Shown piece after piece: positions 12,501 through 23,580 of a stretch of DNA of 64,000 nt. Each line of letters starts with the position of its first letter. Within the stretch, counting starts at the first letter, position 1. Made by a program: the position numbers and the translations under genes. This stretch comes from Podarcis bocagei (Eukaryota), in NCBI GenBank assembly GCA_964188305.1, contig OZ076897.1; one strand, 5' to 3'. Under the pieces are notes generated by a model that searched no databases, was not told the DNA's origin, and saw only the letters and a list, made by a program, of their open reading frames with translations.

Positions 12501-15500
12501 CCAGCGGGGAGAGTAGGGGTCCTCTGTTGCCCATGCCCTCCTTGTGCAGAAGGCTTCCGCGCAGAGAGAGTAGGAGGAGACTAGGCGTCAAAGAGCTTCT
12601 TTGCTGGAAGAAGTTTAAGAAACGCCCACTGACGGATTCTGCCAGCGATTGAGTCAGCCACGGGTAAGTGGCTGTCCGGACAGAAAAGGTTCACTTAGGC
12701 AACCCAGCTAGGTGTTTGCACCCAGCCGGGGAGATAAGCACCGGCTTACGCACGAGCAACCCCTAGAACCATTATACCCCCCATGCTTTTTTATAGAAAT
12801 TTCCCCCTCCCTGCCATTTTTTAAAAAGTTCATAACACTGGAGAGAACCAAATAGATTGCCTAGTTCTACCTTGAATGGAATATCTCGTACCTGAAATGC
12901 CTGCAATGGAAGCCTGTGCAACTTAAAATTAAACAAATAAACACACTCAGCAAATTTCCAGGAAAAGGGGATCACCAATACCAACATTTCTTATAGTTAC
13001 AAAGTTTCCTGCCCTGAACTCACCACTCTAGCTTACAAGTGGTATGCTATCCACATTGGCAAAGTTCACAACTTCTAGTCAGTTTTGATTAATGAAACAC
13101 AAATATTCATCATTCTCAAATATAAGATTGATATTTGTCTACTAGGCATTTGTTTTGCTAATATTTGTAGCAGGGTCTATAGTGGGAGGGGAAGATCGCA
13201 AAGCAATGCACGTGTTCGAGAATATTCCATAGTGAAGTTAGAACCGTTTCCTATGCCTTTGCCAGCTTACGGCAGCCGGGGCAGGAGAGGGTGGACATCT
13301 TTCACCTGCTTTGGTTTTCTCCTCCCACCACCAAAAAATTTGTTCCCATTGATTGTCAGCTCCAGAATTTGTATAGCTGTGGGATCCTTATGTGGTGTGT
13401 GAGGAAAGATTGAGGGCACAAGGAGAAGGAGATGACAGAGGACAAGTTGGTTGGACAGTGTTCTCGAAGCTACTAACATGAGTTTGACCAAACTGCGGGA
13501 GGCAGTGGAAGACAGGAGTGCCTGGTGTGCTCTGGTCCATGGGGTCATGAAGAGTTGGACACGACTAAACAACTGAACAACAACAATAAGGATCTTGGAG
13601 CTCACTGCTCTCTTGTTGTAGTTTGCTCTTTTGAATCAAAAGGTTATCTATGAGATATGGGCATTCACATCTGTATTATAAGAAATACAACATTTGATGA
13701 CCCAGTCTTTTCTAAGGCTGATGGGCTGGCCATTAATCATGTTATTATAACTTTGGTCCTCTAGTTTTCCAGGCCACCAGATTATTGCTAATACAGCAGC
13801 ATGTGCTGGGACTGATTTGGTTGATGAAAACCATCATCAGAAGAGATCACTGTCAAACTGCATAATGATTTGGTCTAGATTGGAGAGCCAGTGTGGTGTA
13901 GTGGTTAAGAGTGGTAGTCTCCTAATCTGGTGAACCGGGTTTCGCGTTTCCGCTCCTCCGCATGCACTCCACTGCTAGGTGACCTTGGGCTAGTCCCACT
14001 TCTTTGAAGTCACTCACCTCACTGAGTGTTTGTTGTGGGGGTGGAAGGGAAAGGAGAATGTTAGCCACTTTGAGACTCCTTAGGGTAGTGATAAAGCAGG
14101 ATATCAAATCCAAACTACTACTACTACTACTACTCCTCTTCTTCTTCTTCTTCTTCTTCTTCTTCTTCTTCTTCTTCATCATCATCTAGATTTTCCGAGC
14201 TTAAAAGTTGAAAGAAGCAAAAGCACAAGTCATTTAGAAACACCAGTCTGCTTATCACATGGTCCACAGCCTACACATTTTTGATGTTCAGATTAATGAC
14301 ATAATAGAACTAAAATTAGGACATATTATTTCTGGGAATAGGAGAATTGCTGACTGTCTACATTTCTTGAAGGGAGCCAGACTCTACTTTTGAAAATAAG
14401 CTATAAATTGTTAAAATAACTTTATTAGATAAAGCTGAATAGTTCTATCATTCTATTGCTATCATTCACGCCATATTAATAGATATGGGTACCAATAACA
14501 ATGATTGTTTTATCTCTACTAGAATTTATATATGCAAACTGCATCTTTGCAGTCTTGCTTGGGGTAGGACAAACTATGATGAATAAATCAAAGCAATTAC
14601 ATGCACACAGTCCTGCCTATATCAGTCATAAAATTAAGTTGGTAAAAAAGTACAAAAGTCAGAAATGGATAGTTTTAAATAACTAAAGCTATTGGGTTAT
14701 ATTCAACATTAGTCATACTCTCAATGGCTCCATTGACGTTAGTCTGTTGACTTCAGTATGTCTACTGACTTACTAAGTATCACCCACTATAATGGGTAGG
14801 AAATTGGATTTTGCCAGCAGGCTGTGTTGTTACCTCCCTCACTATTTCTGCAATCAACTGATGCCACAATGGCACTGAAATAAAAATATGTAGATAAAGG
14901 CACAGTGAGGATACGTGAAGGCCCATGCTTGGAGTTTTGCAAGCCCTGACAATTTGCTGATAGTTGGAGTTTACAAAACCATGGTCACAGTGCTTAGCAG
15001 ACCCCACAGTCAACTGATCAGAACTTTAAGCACTGCTATGTACTAGGTTTCACAACACCAGGATCCAGTTTTTTGGATAGATGTTTGGATGCTAGAAGTG
15101 CTCTAGACAGGGTGTGTAATAGTCAAAGAAAGGGTACTATATAGTTTCCAGGTGATACATACAATTTCCTCCTTACTTCCAAGTGTATACCTCACCCAGA
15201 GGCAGCTGTAGGGGAGCATGACTGGTGCAATTGCATCAGGCATGGAGCTTCTGTTCTGGGGTGCTGGAATAGTCACCACCACTTTTACTCCAATGAAAGG
15301 TGAGAGACAGGAGGGCGGGGGCAGGGCTGGCTTTTGGCATCTCACAGGGCGCCGCTGAAATTTGAGATGCTGAGGTCCACCACTGCCTTGGCTCTATGCT
15401 TATGGTTATTGGTTTCCCAGCCATCCATTCTTGATTTCCCAGCCATCCAAGCATTAATTTATGCTTACCATCTAAACTTGTGCAAATTTGAACTGGCACA

Positions 15501-18500
15501 ATGTATTTAAATAACACATTTTTCCTAATGCAGAATATGGGAGTTTCTCAGTATTTTTTGCACCATCAGCTGTAGCTTGTTGTCACAAAATTTTATTTTA
15601 TCCTGCCTAGTGCAAATATATTTTGGAGAGCATATTTTTTCCTATTTTGAGGAACTTATCTAAGTAGTAGTTCTGATGTTTATATATCCACAGAGATAGA
15701 CAATTGTGTCTAACACTGACTTTAAATAAAACAATTACCGTACAATTATGCAGACTAAAGAAAATTCTAGTATATTTATAAAGTATAAGCGAAAAGTTCA
15801 AACACTATAGGCCTTTCTCATTATGTGATTTATAGCTGCATAGACAAGCACAATTGTGAAACACCATAACTGAGTCATGCATCTATTATAGATTTTAAGA
15901 GCTGACTGTGAAAACAAGCTGGGTGACACCTTGTTATTTGCTCTCCAGGCCTTTGCATTAGAACCACATTGTCATCCTGTTTGTTACCTCAAGCAGAGGA
16001 TACAATATGAGATAATATGTGATCATGCACACAGAAAACTTTGCCATTTGGTATTTAGCAACCCCTTTCCAAGTGCCCACTGAGTGGTTGGCCTATAAGG
16101 GCAAAGAGGACAGTACTCTGCCACTCTTGCAACCCAGAGCCAGATGCACTCTTCTTTAACCTTTCCCCCCATGTTATGTCTACCTCCTTGGAGTCTGCAT
16201 CACTACTGCCTGGGTATATATACCCCCATAACCCTCCAGAAAAAAAAGACAAACACCAAAGTCTATCCCGCATGTTGTGGGATTATTTTCATTTCATGCG
16301 GTCAGCTGATGTGGCTAAGGGGCTGGCGGCTATCACATCTGACCATGTGCCTTCAAGGCATATTCAATCTAGCGGGGAGCGGGTGTTGACTGGTTGGGTT
16401 CAGAGCGTGGTGAATGTTTCATTGCATAAGGCAGTGGTTCCTGTAATAATGCAATCACTCTTAAAGAAACTAGTCCTGGACACCTTGGACTGCAAAAACT
16501 ATCAACCAGTTGCAGATACCCACTTTTGGGAGCAGATGGTGGAGAGAGTAGTGGCATGGGAACCATAAGCATTATTGGATGGCACAAGTAAACATGCATT
16601 GGATTGGACTTGGTGTGGTAAAATAAATTCGTTTCTGAAGGTAATATTTTATGACTTCTCTATATGAATGATATGGTAGCACTATATGTAATTATTTATT
16701 ATAATGTGATTTCTAACACAAACATATGCATTTAATCAAAAGAAACTCCACTGTGTTCATTTAGACTTGCAGTCATTGGAGTACATGTACAAGTGCAAAT
16801 TTGCAGTGCTTTGCCTACCACCAGCCCTGCCTATTGTTAGCCCTGGCTCTGCCTGCTGTTAACTGCCCTTCCCACTGTTCAACCTAACCCAGTGGACACC
16901 AGCTTACATTGGTCATGTCTGGTTGCAGTTGCACACAGAATTCCATGCACACTATGCCACTGGTGCTGCCTGTACTGTGGTAGCAGTTGCTCGCTAGCAG
17001 CATAACCCATGACTACCACACCCAGGAAGAAAAAGTTCCTGACTTCACACTTCTGCTGCTGCAAATGCTTGGCTGAAAATATCTAATCTTAGAATGCATG
17101 GGTTACTCTTGGGCTTTTGAGCACAGGGGCATTGGCCCTTCTTTGTAAAACTGATGGCTTGACACAGGAACTTGAGTGGTGAGACATAAGTTGTTAGGAT
17201 TGTGTGTAGCTGCTGCTATGACCAAGTAAGCATATAATTGCAAAACATGCAGTATTGCAGGCAAATATGCAGATACTTAGAATTAGGGCATTAAGTGGTA
17301 AAAACTTCTTGATATCAATCTTAGTTGCTAGTTATAAGCCACTTATAATTTTACTATTCTCGTGTAGGCTGCCACTGGTTTTGAAGTATTGTCACGTGCA
17401 TTGTTAATAGTCTTAAAGTATCATCATGTGTAATGTCATGTGCATTGTTGAAAGGTACTATACTGCAGCCTTGTAAATAAGCTTGGAATAATTGCTAGAC
17501 TGCAGTCCCTTTTCTTACTGGTTTGCTAAGAAATTAGCAGCCTGCTTTTCCATGCTGGCCCTTGAGGAGGTTAAGCCTCTTAGCAAGGCAAATAAAAAGC
17601 CTTATAACAAGTGGACTAGCGGAGGAGGGCCGAGTGATCTGCGAGTCTGCTTCAGATTGTAAAAGAGTAGACTTCCATTCTTCAGGTGGTACAGAGACAA
17701 AGTGGGCTGCTGGAGGAGGGATGGGGTCCTTCCATGAAACCTTCTCACTGTCTGACATGTACCAAAAATGTACATCAATCCTGAGAAAAGAACTTCTCAA
17801 AACAGTATTTCCTCAATAGTCACAATACATTATTAAATGCTATCAGGTCAAGTGAACTTTTAAACAGCTGATCACAGGATGACCAGGTAATTCTGTACAC
17901 TTGCCTTCCATGGAATCCCTGGCTTCCTATGGCTACTAGGCTAGTGCTTCTATATGTGTCTGCTGTAATGCTTACATCAATGTTTGGCTTTTAACAAAGC
18001 ACTTATAAAATGTTCATTAGTGATGCAGATGGCTCGAAATATGTTGCCTATAGTATCTAGTTTTGTTTCAGGAAAAAGTGCTGGTGAAGAGTGCTAAATG
18101 GGGATCTTAGAACAGTGAAAAACTAAAAGGAGATGGACAAAGCAATATGATTATCAGTACATCTTCCCTGTTCCTTCCATGATTATTAATTCAAATGCTC
18201 TAGTTGCTTTTCTCACCCAACTTTGGTAGGTAGTCATCTCAACATGCCTTCCATATTCTAAAGTCATTGTTCTTGTTAATAATAATAAAAAATGAGTTAA
18301 GTTTTAAATCTCTTTTCAGTGTAATTCTAGTCTAGAATTTTTAATAGACTGATTCTATTTTTGTAGATTAAAATATTATGTCAACTTGAAATAATGAGGC
18401 ACAAGTCTCATCTTCACAAGCTTCTATTTTTGTTTAATACAGGCATGGATAGACTTCAGGGTGGTGAGATCTATTTTGTTTTTTGAAGGAATGCTGAGGT

Positions 18501-21500
18501 TCACCAGTGGGACCCAGCTGGATGATGGGGTCAATTACGTACTAAACCCAATGAACTGTGAACTAGAGGAACTTGCATGTATAAGTACAAATATGCACCT
18601 GAGTTACCACAGATCAGGAAATTCTAACAGTCTCATTGACAATTATTTTGGGGGGTTTGTGTGTGTGTTGTAGTTGTTAAATAATTGGGAACCAGAAAAC
18701 ATGCCTCTGCAATACAAATAATCCAGAGATCAATCTGCCTTTGCTTGTCTCTTTCTTAATGAACTTTGCTTGTAGTTGTAATGGGGAAAAACCTTTATAC
18801 AGTCATACCTGGGGATAAATATGCTTCAGGATAAGTATTTTCGGGTTGCGCTCCGCGGCGACCTGGAAGTAACAGAGCACGTTACTTCCAGGTTTCGGCG
18901 CTCGTTCATGTGCAGACGGTCAAAATGACGTCATGCGCGGAAGCGGCGAAACGCAACCCGCAGACGTGCTGTCACGTCTTACGTTATTCGCATCCTGAGG
19001 TTCCACTGTATATTGAACCTGTTTGTATATTACTGCAGGTACATCATGGGAGTTAGTAACCTATATTGCTGAATTTATTTCTAAATAATAGAGCATCATG
19101 ATAACACTAATCACCCATGGGTGTAACACCTAGTTACCAGTTTGAGGTCCTGTATTTCTTACTTGCCTAGTAGGAGTTGTTTCAACATTAGCTTTATGTT
19201 GCTGTTTCACTTGTCCATGATAGCAACAGCACTATTTCATCTAATGGTATAGTATTAAAATAATAGAAGGTTGATGTCACAAGGTAAATGCCATAATAGA
19301 CAACATAAATGGTAATGTAGTGTTTAGATGAAGGTCAGTATCATTTGGAGCAATATAATGCTTTGTTATACATAGCACTGTTCACTCATGTCTTTATGTT
19401 AATTGCTTAAATTTAGTTTGACTCAGATGTCTTTACTTGGAAGACAACAGGTTTGAAGTTTAATTAATTCTATGTTGTGGGCATAGGTGGAATTAGATCA
19501 TAACTGAAAACCAGCTACATAGAAACAAAATAAGGTTTTGTAATCTTGAGCTCACCTTTATCCCAGACATCAAGGGTGAGCTTAGCTGACATGCTAAAAG
19601 TGCAGTTCTCAGTATGTGCTTTCAGAAGTAGATGTTGGTGAGTTCAGTGGTACTGCCAAATAAGTAGGACCTATGCACAGGTTTGTATTCTAAGCCTAGA
19701 ATCTTAAGTACACATTTAGTTTTGGAACTTGAATCTCTTTGCTTGATGTATTTTGGAGTTGGAATGTAGAATTTCCATGACCCTTGATTTGGAAGTAACT
19801 ATGGGATACAGTTGGCTGAATCCCTGTTTTTGAATTTGAGGTATGTTGCATGTGTTCGTAATTCATTGTCTCCCCTTGCTCAGATCACAGGAAGTGGAAT
19901 TTATGAATTGAGCTTTAATATGTACTTTACTATGTATGCATATGATTTAAATTGCTTTCTTCCTGACAGTGTGCAGAAAATCTTAGCCACCTATAAATAT
20001 CCACCCTAATTCCTAATTTGCTAATGCAAGCATATTGCAGATTATAGACTGCGTCCTACTCTCACTCTTGTTTTCTTATGGAAGAAAAAAGGTAGTATTG
20101 TGGCAGGACCACAGCTAGCACCCTCAGTTAAAACACAGCGATTCTGTAAAATCTGTAGGAAAAAACCCAAAGGAAGCAGCCTTCCTCAAGCTGGTGTCCT
20201 CCAGATGTTGTTGGACTTCAACTCCTATCAGTTGCAGCTAGCAGGCACAACAGTCAGGGAAGCAGCTTGGGAAGGCTGCCTTCAGGGATGGGGAATTCCT
20301 CAGAGCAGCCCAGGACAGATTCTGCATTCTGTCAACACTGAGCATGCTTAATCTCTATCGGGAGAAGAATTCACCCCGAGAGGAATTCATCATATTAGAG
20401 AGAGAGAGAATCAAATTGAATCGAATCATAGAGTTGGAAGGGACCACGAGGGTTTTTTGCCCAACAACTCTTATTGATCCTCCTCGCCCTTCTGGTCTAG
20501 ACTGGTGTTATACCAGATAGCCAGATGGATACAGCTGGGACACAGTAGGGCAGTTCATCAATTTAGGTCTCGGTAATTTATGCCAGGTCAGTCTGCAGTC
20601 ATAGGAACATAGGAAGCTGCCTTATGCTAAGTCTCACTACTGGTCCATCTAGCTTAATGTTGTCTACCCTGCGAAGCAGTGACTTTCATAGTCCTACCTG
20701 GAGATGTTTAAAAGACATTTGGGTTCAGGTATCAATAAACCTGGTTGACATACCGTATTTTTCACTCTATAGGATGCACTTTTTCCCCTTCAAAAATGAA
20801 GGGGAAATGTGTGTGCGTCCTATGGAGCGAAGACGCCATAGCCCCGCGACCCTCTCCCGGCTGGAGAGGTGACGCATGGCTATGGCAGGAGCCTCTATAG
20901 CTGCGCGTCACCTCTCCAGCCGGGAGAGCGCGCGCGGGGCTAAAGAAGCCATAGCCCCGCAACCCTCTCCCAGCTGGAGAGGTGACGCGCGACTATGGCA
21001 GCAGCCTTTCCGCTGCTCCCTGACCTGCTCTTTGGGGCTGGTGGTGGGCTTCCCCCCGCCAGCCCCAAAGAGCAGGTTGAAAGGAACCTGAAGCCTGGAG
21101 AGCAAGAGGGGTCGGTGCGCAGTTTTAATAACCAAAATAATAAATAGTGTAATAAACTTTTAAATAGTGTAATAAACTTTTAAGCTTCAAGAACACCATC
21201 CAACCATCTCGTCCTCTGTCGTCTCCTTCTTCTTGTGCCCTCCATCTTTCCCAACATCAGGGTCTTTTCCAGGGAGTCTTCTCTTCTCATGAGGTGGCCA
21301 GAGTATTGGAGCCTCAGCTTCACGATCTGTCCTTCCAGTGAGCACTCAGGGCTGATTTCCTTAAGAATGGATAGGTTTGATCTTCTTGTAGTCCATGGGA
21401 CTCTCAAGAGTGTCCTCTAGCACCATAATTCAAAAGCATCCATTCTTCGGCGATCAGCCTTCTTTATGGTCCAGCTCTCACTTCCATACATCACTACTGG

Positions 21501-23532
21501 GAAAATCATAGCTTTTACTATACGGACCTTTGTAGGCAAGGTGATGTCTCTACTTTTTAAGATGTTGAAATACTGTCCCTCAATGAGGCCAAACTTAGAT
21601 TCACAAAATGTTTAGGGGTCTGCATCGCCCCAGAAAAAAGCACTGCCTATAGCACACAACTGCAGTTTATAATTCACCTTAAATATTTTGTGAATATCTT
21701 AATTTATGTCTCACATAAGTTCAACCCTGCCACTCACCAGAAAGAACTGAAGTGTGTTCACTTGCACTATCATTGAATGAAGCACTATATAGTTCTCCGA
21801 GTCCCACTATGAACTACTCTAGTAAACCATCCACCAGCTTGTGGAGAATAGGGGGTGTGCCCTGTCCCCATGATATCCCCCAAATGACTCCGTGAAGGAT
21901 TAACTCCCTTTGCTGTTTCCTCAACAGGATCAGCCCACAAGTTGCCTCCCACAGCCAGATCAGTTTTAGTGAGCTCCACCTGGAAGGTGTTTGGTTTTAG
22001 CTTCTAATCAGTCCCAGTCTGGCTGCACTTCATGTCAGTTTGCTGATGAAACAGCAGCAGTTGGTGGAAAAAGCAGGTGGGCTACATCTTATGGCAGTGT
22101 TGTTTTTTTTCTCTTGTCACTGACTCACTGATACTGTTGGAGTTCTTCTGTTCTCATCTTGGTCAGCATTGAACAAGACAGTTAAAACACATTATTTATA
22201 CATTCAAAGAAACATTTTTAAATATAGTTAACATGAAGTGAAGATGTTAGACTTCATGAAGCCATTATTTTTATTTTTATAGAATATCTTGTACTTTTGC
22301 AAAACCTAACCCAGGGTACCACCTTCATGTATTGTTTCCAATAATGTAACACATGTTTACTAGAAGTAAGTTCTATTGAGTTCAAGTGTTTATACAATGA
22401 TTGCAGCCTAATTAATATACATCAGACTAGGTTGTCAGTCTAAATTCTATTGTCCTCTTGTTATTTCACAAAGAGCAGAATTGGTGGAACCCCTAATCAT
22501 CACACCAAAATTGAAAATATTTTTCTTTTAATTATTTATCTTTGTTTTAATGTAATTGTCAAACAGAAAATTCAATACTACAATTCAGCCTAAAGGAAAA
22601 ATAATTTGAGCAAATAACTGAAAATTCATCTTTTATTTGAACACTATGCTTAATCAGAATTTCATAGAATTTTAAAATCAAGTAATTACTATGTTAAGGA
22701 AGTTTGAATGCAAAGAAATAAAACAAGACCTTTATATAATTACAGCATATGAAGTTAACCAGTAATTAAAAGCAAGAGATGGTTGTAAAAATAGATGATA
22801 ATAAGTAATGAATAAATCATCACTATTTCACAGGCTGGTCCTTGATGTATGGTAATTTTTTTCAGCAACTCAACAATGAAATACATTACCATCCTTTTTT
22901 AAAACAACTATGGGGTCTTCCTCGTCCATGCCCGTTGCTTTGAACTATATCATACTACTGTAATCTGATGTGTTGTTTTCCATCCTGGTTCTAAATACAA
23001 TTCTTGAAAATCCATTGTGTTCAGCAGGACTTATTCTGTAAAACTTCGATCAGGATTTTGAGTTAAAATATCTCAGCATGTACTGTGGAGGGGAATTCAC
23101 AAGTAGGTTTGTACTAACAAATTTCCATTCATGGATAATCTATTGGATCCAGATAGTTTTGTTTACTTGTTCATAGAATGAGAAGAGGCACCTTAATGCA
23201 GTCCAGCATAGTCCTCTTCCCCACCTTCAAACACCATTTGTCTACTGCCCTTTCTTTTTTCTCCCTGATGTTGCTGCATGTATTGGGAGGAAACTCTTCC
23301 TTTCTCAGTCCCTCTGGTAAGTGTACAGAGGTGGAAAATCCTGCTATTCATTCTGTTCTTCAAACTGTACTTGGGAACTGCTGAAGGACTTTGCAAGAAG
23401 ACCAGGGGCTTTCCCCCTTGGTGAGTGAGATTGTTTGTGGGTGCCACTTTGGATGATACAGTATTGGAAGCCAGCATTACATGAACTATTTGTCGTGGTA
23501 ATATATTTACCCCTACGTGTGCACGCACACAC

Positions 23533-23580
<48 letters not shown>

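Noticed and set aside
13882-13960. tRNA genes here and at 7178 and 38270-38334
   Set aside because: A/B-box heads continue into SINE bodies and tails; no complete cloverleaf.
13922-14189. Poly-Lys/Ser and poly-Leu/Phe ORFs
   Set aside because: Translations of the SINE microsatellite tail.
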